Of a stretch of DNA of 64,000 nt, positions 52,601-63,717 are shown one piece after another. This DNA comes from Octopus vulgaris. Lineage: Eukaryota. Location of the stretch: positions 109,492,001 to 109,556,000 of the forward strand of contig OX597814.1 in assembly GCA_951406725.2 (NCBI GenBank). The letters are read 5' to 3'. Positions within the stretch are counted from its first letter, which is position 1, and every line of letters begins with the position of its first letter. A program made the translations under genes and the position numbers. The notes under the pieces are model-generated. The model searched no databases, was not told the origin of the DNA, and saw only the letters and a program-made list of their open reading frames with translations.

Positions 52601-54086
52601 ATGGCACTAGCATGAGTGAGGTCATCATGTAGTCTGAAAGACTATGAACCTTGAGAAACGCAGTTTCATGCGAGGAGAAAAGAGGTTAAAGTATGAGAAA
52701 TGGGGGTCAGAATAGAACAGGTTTCTTGCTGTAGTGGGGCCACATGACAGTTGACAGTTTAGAAGAGAAGACTTTGTTGAAGAAAATTTTATTAAATTCT
52801 GAGAAAAATATATCTATCGTGAAAATTCTTAAGGATTTCATCCAGTCAAGTATGCACATGTTTGCACACAGCCAGGGGTAAGATGTGCAGTTGTGTATGC
52901 AAGTGTCCCCTCCCCTCTGAATATCCCAACTTGGGCTTATACAGACTGGCATCGATGTCATCACAGCTGTTACAGTCAGAACACAAAGAGTTGGAACTGA
53001 TATTTCCAAGAATCTTTTCTAACCCTTTAACAAATCTGTTAATCCATTGCTCAGGAACGGTACTTTTTAATCAACTCTGAAAGGATGAAAGACAAAATGA
53101 CTTTGGCAGGATCTGAACTCAAAGTATAGCAAATTGGAACAAATACTGCAAAGCATTCTATCCAACATTCTAATTACTCTACTAATTAGCACCTAATTGT
53201 GAAAGTATAATTATAAATATTAAAATAAAAATATACAAAAATGTAAATTGATCTTCAAACCATTAGTTACCTCATTTCCGCTGAAATGTTTCCCTTCTTC
53301 AAACTAATTTTAAAAATATCATATTTGATGGTATATAAGATGCATGTTTTCTCCACCACCAAAATGTTTTTAAAAAAATCACCCAGGGTCCTATATGTGA
53401 AGTTGGGCCACCCAGAAGCTTTAATGCACAGAAATATTTTCCCCCTAAATATGTGTTGCTGAAATAGGGGTTTAATCTATTACAGCAGTGTCTTTTATGT
53501 ATTCCACAACAGCAATGAAGAATTGATTAAAATGAGTTTGTCATAACTAATTTGGAAAATAAATTAAGATGGAATTTTGAAGGAAAGTTTTAATTTACAT
53601 CACTTTAAACAGGAAGTCGGAATCAGAGACGGAAGGACAGTCACAGACTGGTTGGTATGAGCTTTAAAGAATATCAGAATAAATATAAGAATATAATCAA
53701 CAAAAATACACTTGTTTCAAGCATGCAAGCACAGAATTAAAGCTTCTTGTAAAGGGTTACTCTTAAATGTCTCCAAAGTCACAGTTCCTAACCATGAAAT
53801 ATCTAGGAAAAATTACAATGACTCAATTTATGAAATCAGGTTCCTAAGAAAGAATCCATCATTTTGTGTCAACATCAACAAAATTGCTCTCACAGAGAAA
53901 CCAGTCATAGTTTCTTTGTTTTTGTTGTATTTTGCAGTAACTTTTCCATGATATTTTTTGTTTTATTTGTCTTCGATTTTCCCTATATTTTAGAGGAGCA
54001 AGTGTTTCTGTACAGAAAATGCTTATTTCTGAGACAAACGCAAATCCTGTAACAGACTTTGGCCTTATATGCATGCAGGCATTCAC

Positions 54087-54835
54087 TTAAGCCCGTTCTT
54101 CAAGAGCAGTACCCTCAGCATCAGTTTTGGAAGCAGCTTTGGCAGATGCTTTTTCCAACCTTTCCAGTTGTTTTTTCTCATAAATATCATAAAATGTAAC
54201 AAAGATTGAAAGGAAATTCTTGATCAGGAATATAGACATATTGTGCCCATAGAAATGGATTAAGCGTAAACGAATAACCAAATATGGAACATTGATTATC
54301 ACTATCATTAAAATGCGGTACAGGTTCATAAAATTGTCTCTTAATTTGATTTTACCATAATGCGAGTGACTAACAAGAAACAGAGGAATTAAAGGCATAA
54401 ATATATTAATCAAAGAAAAACCTAAGATCGTTTTAGTCATTGCAAATGTCAGAAGTACTTTGGACTGTTGAACAAAAAGGATGTCCAAAATGTCAACTGT
54501 GTCAAAAATGTCAAAGGTAACACCTGATGTTATTCTGTCAATATATCTCCTATTCTCATTGTCTGGAGTGGTGCTGACCTGACACAGCAAATAAATTAGA
54601 AAGAGTGGAGCAGAAAGTGCAAGTGTTAATTTTAGGGTATTTGGACCCCAATAATCCTTTACGCTTAATCTGGCAGCAAAGTTCTCAAAGCAAAACAAAA
54701 CTTTTAGAAAAAGTACAATGGAATAAACTCCCCAAGCAATATAAATAAGAGGGAGCTTTCCTGCTTTTGAAATTACTTGGAAGTTTTGTGGTTCAAAGTT
54801 TTCTCTGTGACTGTAAATGTATGAAAAAACCAACA
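54087..54835 (-). CDS. CECR6/TMEM121-family membrane protein, second coding exon (joined protein 304 aa)
   Basis: Acceptor tttttcag, phase 1, joins in frame with the previous exon. Motifs LPLxYIAWxxYS, GPNTLKLTLALSAPL, DIFDTVDILDIL and NVPYLVIRL...SIFLIKN resemble TMEM121B/CECR6 (recognised from memory). Confidence 0.88.
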
Positions 54836-55139
54836 CTGAAAAATAAAAGATAACACATTTAGAACTAAAGTGAAATCTGTTTTATAAATGATACATTCTA
54901 AATGAAGGATTAATGGAAACACTTACTAATACAAGAGATAAAGTAGTTTATTTGTGAAGATAGAACCAACAATACTGCAATAAAATGGTAGAATGGAAAG
55001 AAAATCCTGTTGAATTTTTGGTATGATCATTTTGAGGGTATTTTTTCAATAGTTACAGTAAAATAAGCATTAATTTTTACATTTTATTAGTTTTTTTTTT
55101 CCTTTTTGTTTGTAGATTGCTTTATACCAAAAGAGAAAA

Positions 55140-55942
55140 GTTGAGAGAAAAGTTGGACCTAAGAAGCATCAGATGTAGTGTGCAAGAGAGACGACTGCAC
55201 TGGCATGGTCATGTAGCGAGAATGGCTGAGGATAGCTGTGTGAAATAGTGCCACACCCTAGCGGTTGAGGGAACCTGTGGAAGAGGTAGACCCAGGAAGA
55301 CCTGGGATGAAGTGGTGAAGTATGACCTTCGAACATTAGGCCTTACTGAGGCAATGACTAGCGACCAAGACATTTGGAAATATGCTGTGCTTGAGAAGAC
55401 CCGGCAAGCCAAATGAGACCATAACCTTGTGGACTATGTCAGGGGTGTAACCAGCCCACTTATGCATACCTTGCCTTCATTGGACGCTGCTTGCGAAGAC
55501 CTGTTGAGGCAAGTGAAATCGAAATCAAATTCGGTGACTGGCATCCGTGCTAGTGGAGCACTAAGAGCACCATCCGAGTGTGATTGTTGCCAAAGTGGCT
55601 AACTGGCGTTTGTGCCGGTGGCACGTAAAAAGCAGCATTTGAGCGTGATCTTTACCAGCGTCACCCTACTGGCACTTGTGCTGGTGTGCAGGTGGCACGT
55701 AAAAAACACCATTTGGGCCTGGCTGCTGCCAGTACCGCCTGACTGGCCCTCATGTTGGTGGCACGTAAATGCACCCACTACACTCTCAGAGTGCTTGGCA
55801 TTAGGAAGGGCATCCAGCTGTAGAAACTCTGCCAGATCAAGATTGGCTCCTGGTGCAGCCATCTGGTTCGCCAGGCCTCAGTCGAATAGTCCAACCCATG
55901 CTAGCATGGAAAGCGGACGTTAAACGATGATGATGATGATGA
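55140..55942 (+). mobile_element. RTE LINE 3' end in the intron of the TMEM121-like gene
   Basis: C-terminal RTE coding remnant, 3'UTR and ttaaac(gat)n tail. Confidence 0.88.
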
Positions 55943-56000
55943 TAACATGGCAGTCCTGGTTTACAGCAACATTCATCCTAAACCAGGACTGCCATGTTAT
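55942..56000. repeat. Perfect 22-bp hairpin with a 15-nt loop
   Basis: ataacatggcagtcctggttta / taaaccaggactgccatgttat. Confidence 0.95.
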
Positions 56001-56021
56001 GTTGGCTAATAATCTTTACTC

Positions 56022-56772
56022 CAAAATGTTTTATGTTATTTGAAAGAGAATTTTTTGCTCTACAAGATAGTGTGCTTTGATTTTTAAAAATTTTATTGAT
56101 TCTTGTGTATTTTCAGGCCATTAAAATGGAATGTCAAGTGGGCATTTTCGACACCATTTGCTTTTTGCAGTTAATCAAGGTATTACACTCACTGAAGCTG
56201 CTCATGAGATTTGTGCTGTGTATGGAGAAGGAGCAATGCCTCATAGTACTGTCTGCCATTGGTTTCCATGCTTCAAAAATGAGAATTTTAGCCTCAAGGC
56301 CAGATCACACACCGGTCAGCCAATTGAGTTCAATGAACCTTGCCCATTGAGTGAAGGTGGTTCACCATAGTTTTTTTTATCACAATCCATCTGCTCCACC
56401 AATTCTCTGATCATTTGACATGAATTTTTGTGAAGTTGATCCAATGGATCTTCATCGAACTCAATTGGTTGACCGGCGTGTGATCTATCCATGAGGTCAA
56501 AATTCCCATTTTTGAAGCACGAAAACCAACAGCAGGCAGAACTTTGAGGTATTGCTCTTTCTCCATAAACAGCACAAATCTCGTGAGCAACTTTGGCAGA
56601 CTTAACACCTCAATTAAATGTGAAAAGAAAATGGTGTTGAAAATGCTCAGGTTTGTCCACTTGACATTCCATTTTAATGATCTGAAAAAAAAAAAAAAAA
56701 AAAAGCAAAAATCAAAACACACTATTTTGGAGAGCAAAACATTCATTTTCAAATAACATAAAACATTTTGCC
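56022..56772. mobile_element. Two convergent mariner (Mos1/SETMAR-like HTH) 5' fragments
   Basis: The + copy encodes HFRHHLLFA...AAHEICAVYGEGAM...WFxCFKNENFSL...GQPIEFNE. The - copy carries the same sequence and continues ...VNHLHSMGKV. Confidence 0.85.
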
Positions 56773-56964
56773 AATGCATTTTATTTCTGTATGCATTTTT
56801 AAATTTGAGAAAAAAAAAACACTCATGAATTATTCCTCAACCCAATATACACACATATTTTACATGAAGCAGGATTAAAAAGATATCCAGCAATTTCAAT
56901 GAAAAGAAATATAGTTTTCGCTTTTGGATTGCAAGATTCTTTATATGAGTTCGTGTGTTGAAGC

Positions 56965-57206
56965 ATATTCTGTTGTGTCTGGGGAGAGTCATTTTCTTTT
57001 TGTGCCTTATAATTTAACAGACTCACCTGTAAAATTTCCACTTTTTTTTTTCTTATTTTTATTGTCCTAAAATTTTCGTTGCATCTTGCAGCCTTTTCAA
57101 TAGTTTTGAAGAATAAAAATAAGAAAAAAAAAGTGGAAATTTTACCATTGAGTATGTTACATAAGGCACAAAAAGAAAATTATTCTCCCCAGACACAACG
57201 AAATAT
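56965..57206. repeat. Fold-back MITE-like element with ~95-bp arms; related sequence at 41595-41738
   Basis: gttgtgtctggggagagtcattttctttttgtgccttat...ttccact pairs with agtggaa...ataaggcacaaaaagaaaattattctccccagacacaac. Confidence 0.85.
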
Positions 57207-57238
57207 AGTTTATTTAAAGCAACGAGAAGAATACAAAC

Positions 57239-57404
57239 CTGTAATAAATAGCACCACCGTAACAACGTCAGCGATAATCCACAACAACCATAGTTTGTTG
57301 ATGTATGTAGACAAATAAACATCTAGAAATCCCATCTGAATGATCAGTAAAATGACGCACAAAATACGCAATGGTATGGTGAAGAGTTTCTCACAAAAAC
57401 CCAT
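57239..57404 (-). CDS. CECR6/TMEM121-family multi-pass membrane protein, first coding exon (MGFCEKLFTIPLRILCVILLIIQMGFLDVYL...VLFIT)
   Basis: ATG at 57404, two hydrophobic helices, donor ACAG|GTTTGT (phase 1). An upstream acceptor ttttcag at 57448-57450 implies a further 5'UTR exon. Confidence 0.85.
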
Positions 57405-58717
57405 TTTTGGAGAAGTGGTGTTGGATTTTCAAGCAAGGAAATACAAACTGAAAACAAATGATATTAAATCGAAGTGTAATTAAGCAATTGAATTAATATA
57501 CTGTACAATTCTTTACTGAACATATTTCATGATTGGATAAACATTACAGACTTGTTTAATATTCAAAAGGAAAACAGCAAGACACTAAACATAAGAGGAA
57601 GGAAACCTAGTTTGAAATAGTGCAAGCTTATGTGATGATCTTTGTGGCCAACCGATAAGAGTACCCAAAGTTTCTGTGTTCAGCATACCTACACGACTGT
57701 ACCCACCACCAACTTGGTTTCCTCATAACCTCCAGAAAAACGACTATTTTTTAATGAAATTTTCTACATATACACTTCAGATGGTGTAGATTACTGTTAT
57801 ATCAGAATTTGTTGTGAAAATTTTTCTGGAAGTTATGAGGTTGGGTAAAGTAGTGTAGGTAAACAGAATTTTCATTAAAAGATACCCATTTTCCTGAAAA
57901 TTATGAGGAAAAAAAGTTGGCTCAGATGAATTTTCAGAAACTCTTCTCCCTGTTAAAAAGTAACCATTTTTTTTGAAAATTATGATGGAAAAAATTTGGA
58001 GTGGGGGGGGATCACTTCTATAAGAAAGCCATGTATATATATATCATCATCATTTAGCATCCGTTTTCCATGCTAGCATGGGTTGGACGGTTCAACTGGG
58101 GTCTGTGAAGCCAGAAGGCTGCATCAGGCCCAGTCTGATCTGGCAGTGTTTCTACGGCTGGATGCCCTTCCTAACGCCAACCACTCCGCGAGTGTAGTGG
58201 GTGCTTTTTACGTGCCACCCGCACAGGAGACAGACGGAGCTGGCAAACGGCCACAAACGGATGGTGCTTTTACGTGCCACCGGCTGGCACGGGGGCCAGG
58301 CGAGGCTGGCAACGGACACGAACGGATGGTGCTTTTACGTGCCACCGGCACGGAGGCCAGTCGGGGCAGGGCTGGCAACGGCCACGAATGGATGGTGCTT
58401 TTTACGTGCCACCGGCACAGGGGCCAGGCGAGACTGGCAATGGCCACGAACGGACGGTGCTTTTTACGTGCCACCGGCACGGGGGCCAGGCGAGGCTGAC
58501 AACGGCCACGAACGGATGCTGCTTTTTACGTGCCATCCGTTCGTGGCCGTTGCCAGCCTCGCCTGGCATTATATATACACACACGCAAGCCTATCTATTT
58601 ATCTATCTATATATATATATAATGGGAAGGTTTACGAAAATAAACAAAAGACGAAGGCAGGTGGAGTACAAACAAACAATGTATTAGTATGGCGCTCAGG
58701 AATAGAAATAAAACAAG

Positions 58718-58755
58718 TCTTTTACGTTTCGAGCCTACGCTCTTCGACAGAAAGA
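58718..58755 (-). ncRNA. Minimal hammerhead-like motif in a dispersed repeat (second copy at 22035-22072 -)
   Basis: TCTTT-CTGTCGA-A-GAGC GTAG GCTC-GAAAC-GTA-AAAGA: 5-bp stem I, 4-bp stem II, palindromic ACGT stem III. Core position A6 is T. Confidence 0.5.
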
Positions 58756-59182
58756 TACACAGAAACAAGGAGAGAAAAAAATTGCGTGTAGGGGCTAATG
58801 GTGTGTGTGTGTGTGTGTGGAGATCTTTTGCAGAAAATATATCAAAAGTGAAAGTATTCAACAATTTACGTAAGAATTTTTAGGCGATTCAGTAGAATTT
58901 CAGTTAAAAAATTCTGACTGTACATATTTTAAACTCTGAATAAGAAAATGTTCGAAAGAGAGTAAAACTTTCAGGATTTATTGTGGGGTGGGATGGGGTT
59001 AAGAATTAAAAAAAATTTTTTTTCATAATCATATGAATTCCCATGTGTAGAACACAAGTTCGCAAAATCTTCTGAACATTCCAAAAAATAAAAAAAAATT
59101 ATGAGGTCCTTAAACCAGAATTCCGCTCAGTTTTTATATATATTACTTATATAATCAGATTTATTATTGCTTATATATATAT

Positions 59183-59768
59183 ATCATCATCATTGTTCAA
59201 CTGTGGTCGAGACAATGGAATTTGCTATGTTACGCCAGACTTCACAGTCCATCATAGCATTACGGAGGTCCTGTTGCTGGATGCCTCTAACCCTGGAGAT
59301 TACATCAGGGTAGGAGAGTGTGCACCCTCTGGTATCGCTCTTAAATATGGTTTCTGATTACAAATATCTTGGGTCATACATATCATCATCTGAAAAAGAT
59401 TTTCTAATTAGAAAGGGTATGGCCTGGTCAGCCTGTAATGATATGCATAAGATCTGGTCATCAAATCTAAGTAGAGATTTCAAACTTAAAATCTTCAAAG
59501 CCACAGTCAAACCAATTCTACTATATGGGTCAGAAACCTGGACATTATCAAAGAAGCTTGAGAGGCAGTTGGATGAAACTTACACTCGCCTCCTTATGAG
59601 ACCTCAAAATCTCTTGTGGAAGCGTCATCCAACCAAAGTACAAATATATGGGAAATTACCACCTGTATCATCTCTTGTGAAAGGTAGAAGAGTCCAATTT
59701 GCTGGACATTGTTGTAGAGCTGAAAACGAGGTAATATCAACTCTTCTCCACTGGAAGCCATCTGCTCG

Positions 59769-59773
<5 letters not shown>
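59183..59773 (-). mobile_element. 5'-inverted, truncated RTE-like LINE insertion in a (TA)n tract
   Basis: 59339-59773 (+) encodes DYKYLGS...LLYGSETW...FAGHC...PSARD. 59183-59338 (-) encodes its continuation RDTRG...TVEQ* followed by (TGA)n. Confidence 0.88.
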
Positions 59774-59807
<34 letters not shown>

Positions 59808-60823
59808 CAATAATAAATCTCTGAACGAGAAGTAAACAGTAGAAGCACCACCAATGTTTCCTGCATAAATGTCAGCTTGGAGATATTCATCACGATGAAA
59901 ACATTCACGAAGAACTTTCACTTTCGGTTTTATATTAACTCTCACTTAACAATGTCACATACATGGCTCCGTACACACCTGCAATTTTAAAATACAGGCA
60001 CACATGCATGCATCAACCGGTCCATTCATCCAGTCATCACAGTTTTGACCAGACTATAGCACGTTGTTATACATCACTGGTCACAATATGCTTTGCATTG
60101 TTTTTTAGCTTTCAAATGATGCCCTCCCCCCACTGGTTGGATAAGTAGGCCAGCCTATATACCCCCCCCACCTCGATCGGAAGACTAGTCCATTGCAGGG
60201 TGGCCCATTTACAGGTGAGTGGACTGGACAACGTGAAATGAAGTGTTTTGCTCAAGAACACAACACACTGCCCAGTCCAGCAATCAAACACATTATCTAG
60301 CTATCGTGAGTGCAAAAACCTTAACCAATGGGCCACGTACCTGCACACACACGCGCGCGCGCACACACACACACATGCACATGTGACATTCCGTCGGTTA
60401 TGATGACGAGGGTTCCAGTTGATCCGATCAACGGAACAGCCAGCTCGTAAAATTAACGTGCAAGTGGCTGAGCATTCCACAGACACATGTACCCTTAACG
60501 TAGTTCTTGGGGAGATTCAGCATGACACAGAGTGTGACAAGGCAGGCCCCTTTGATATACGGATACAACAGAAACAGGAGGAAAGAGTGAGAGAAAGTTG
60601 TGGTGAAAGAGTACAGCAGGGTTCACCACCACCCACTGTCAGGGTATTGTGGAGATTCAAGTGTTTTCATTCAATAAACATTCACAACGCCCGAAACCGT
60701 GATCCCACAACTGCGAATCCGCTTCTCTAACCACTGGGCCATTGCGCCTCCACACACACACATACGCGCACGCGTCGTATAAATTTCTGAAATAGAATTT
60801 AAATGTAATTACAGCGTGGAAGG

Positions 60824-61076
60824 GTGCTTATAAGCCATTAAAAATCAAAAAACACGAAGAACTTTTAGATTCACTTCAACATTTAAATTTAATTCGTGTC
60901 AAAATATTTTTGTCGCTTTGAAACCGCGACCTGTTTTGTTCATTGACAAAATTTCGTGCTACATCAGTGAACAGGTCGCGGTTTCAAAGCGACAAAAATA
61001 TTTTGACACAAATTAAATTTAAATGTTGAAGTGAATCTAACGGTTCTTTGTGTGTTTTTTAATGGCTTATAAACAC
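60824..61076. repeat. Palindromic MITE-like element with ~110-bp arms
   Basis: tgtcaaaatatttttgtcgctttgaaaccgcgacctgtt / aacaggtcgcggtttcaaagcgacaaaaatattttgaca is a perfect match that extends imperfectly outward. Confidence 0.9.
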
Positions 61077-63529
61077 TGAAATTGATTTTGTTTCAGTGCA
61101 CGATCTCAGATCAAGTCATTTCCTATGCAAGTACATTTCCATATTATAAAAATATAGTTCACTAAAAATTTCTCGTTTTAAAAGCAATATATTTTTTTTC
61201 TGTCATTACTTTTTCATAAGTTTAAAGACATGAAAATACTTAACGAAATCGATAAAGACCAATAAAAATTCTGTCAAATTGATAATATAGTCCGAATATG
61301 AAATGTGTAGTAGTATTAATTGCTACATCTATATTTAGGGGGATAGCAGTGGGTTATTAGTTTCAGTTTGCTTATAATTCAGCACCCTTAATGCTCAAAA
61401 TCATTTCAGGTGTTTATTGACCCCTTGGATAGCCACATAGACCTGGCAAGGGTCAACACAGACCATTTTGCCAATCCGTTGTTTAGAAGTACATAGTGGA
61501 TATTTTTTATATATATATCAGAGATTGAATATTCCCTTACAGACATCAAACATTCTAGACAGCACTGAAAAAAAAAATATTTAAATTGCCTAAATGGCAT
61601 AAATACGTCTATCGAAACTATGTCTTTTATGCCTTAAAAAAAAGGGCTCTGATTGACAAACCTTTGTTGAATAAATAAAATGTAAAATGCAGAGTATCAC
61701 CATTTCAAAGGTTCCAGTTGTAAATAAGGAAGCTGATTTACATTTCGTCATTATGTCACGATTTTCTAAAACCATCGCTGCTTACATTACTCCACTAACC
61801 ATTGACTTGTAAGATACACCACAAGATGCCAAAAAATTCACAAATAATTATATTTTTTAGTTACAATTTTCATGTTTCGTGCAAACAAATAATTTTAAGT
61901 CAACATCACAAACACAACTCTGGTAATATCTTACACACGGTATATAATAAATCCCTCGTAACTCTTGAATTTTTGCGAATTTATGTTCTACACACAGGAA
62001 ATCATACGAGTATGCAAAAACAAATTGGTGATTTAAGGGGTATTTAGCTGTTATTTTTAGCACATCTCACTACCTCCTCTTACCGTCCTCGTTTCTCACT
62101 ATGACAATATTTTTCTATTGCTAGGATTTAGGCAGAAAAATCAGACTGTCCGTATTTTGTATACAATAATTTCATTTATTATTATTATTATTTAAACTGT
62201 GATTTTAAATAATTCGAAAAATTAAAATACAAAATAAAGAACTCGACTTTCGCGTGTCAAGCTAACTTTGGCTTGTGGATTCTGTAACATTTAACTCCAA
62301 CTAATTAAGAAACCCCGACTTGTGGACCAGTTAAACCCTTTTAAATCGCACTTTAATTGTTCATTTCTGCTACAATTAATTGTTTATAAATGAATGTTTA
62401 GTTAATTAATGTGTAATGGGTCATGTTAGGGTTGCAGTTTCGAAATAGCTATTTGTAAACTGTCCGATTGTAAACAAATTCCATCTCAATATATATGAAA
62501 CTTGTAATTAAGCAAAGGATGCCAATTAAGTTTAGTAAATTTTTATCATAGCATCTGTCCGCAGACTGTGATCGGCAGACTTTCAGAAAAGCTGTCACTA
62601 CCTTATGGAGAAGGAATTTCCTGTCCAAAAAATGTCATCTTTTACTTTTATAGCGCCGATTTCATTCCCTTTCCCGGTAAAACTATTATTATATCCATCT
62701 CATGAGACTGGTGTAATAAAATAACAAACAACCCTAAGTTCTAGGCGCGATGTAGAGAGTTTAAGCTGTTCGTAATTAAAGCAATTAATTATGTAGCTTT
62801 CAGTTTGTAAATAAAACGAGCATTATATTTATATAAGATTAAACTTCGTCAGTTGTTCATGTTTATAAGAAAAGGACAAGTTATTTCGTTATGGTAGTGG
62901 AACAATGGAAGTATTTTCACGATTATTAAGGACTACGTACCTCTTTACAATATAAGCAATGGTAGTTGAGTAGCGAGGTGTTTTATATAAAACATTCAGG
63001 GTATTTGTAACACCCGCAGTCGATGGTTGGTGTCGGCAGTTTTGATAAATAGCAGAACTTGTAGGAGGAAATAATGAAAGGTGATTCGAGCTTTGATGGG
63101 TGGAGTCGAGAAAGAACTACATTAGTGTCGGAGGAAGCAGGGCTTCGTTCAGATTTGGTTATGGACTCGAATATTCTGGGAAGACTTGGGTTTTACCCGG
63201 AATTGCTAGGTGACAAAATAATTCGATATGTAATCGATCAAATAGAATGCAGTTTATTTAGACAAGAATTACGAACGTTTTAAAGTTCACAACACCATGA
63301 AAACAACCATAAAACAGAATTTGTATTTTAATAAAAAAAAAAAGGAGGGGCATAAACCCCTAAACAAAATAACAAACTGCACAGAGCCTAAAACCAGACA
63401 GTGAGCTGCACACCTAACCCCAAAACAAAGGAGCATAAATGAAGACAGCAAAGGGCACAGATTAATAAAATAAACTGTAGAAACATCAAAACAAACAGAA
63501 GTCTGAAAAGAACTAAATAAAATGCTTCA

Positions 63530-63717
63530 AATATTGGCATTACTTAAATACAGAGGCCCCGATGCGTCTACGTAACGATATGAAGGGGAGGATTAAGGTT
63601 AGGGCTAGTTTTAGGGTTGAGGTCTACACAGCGCACATTTAAAATGTTTTGTATGTAACACCTGTATTTAAGTAGCACCGTTAAGGGACCTCTGTATTTA
63701 AGTAGTTGCGAAATATT
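63530..63717. mobile_element. MITE/HINE-like element with a duplicated subterminal IR and a telomere-like core
   Basis: tacttaaatacagagg (63541) is matched by cctctgtatttaagta (63689) and partly by cctgtatttaagta (63661). Internal ttaaggttagggctagttttagggtt. Confidence 0.6.

Noticed and set aside
58200-58530. CRISPR-like pattern of a conserved ~24-nt repeat with ~35-nt spacers (also at 31090-31498 and 49005-49275)
   Set aside because: The spacers are homologous to each other, the array lies within an RTE 3'UTR, there are no cas genes, and the context is eukaryotic.
60940-60972. Hammerhead-like CTGATG..GAAA..GTC on the - strand in the palindrome loop
   Set aside because: The core is incomplete (CTGATGT) and there is no stem II. 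It is explained by the palindrome itself.
63074-63283. 69-aa ORF with an upstream AGGAGG (Shine-Dalgarno-like)
   Set aside because: The context is eukaryotic and there is no recognisable domain, so this is most likely coincidental.
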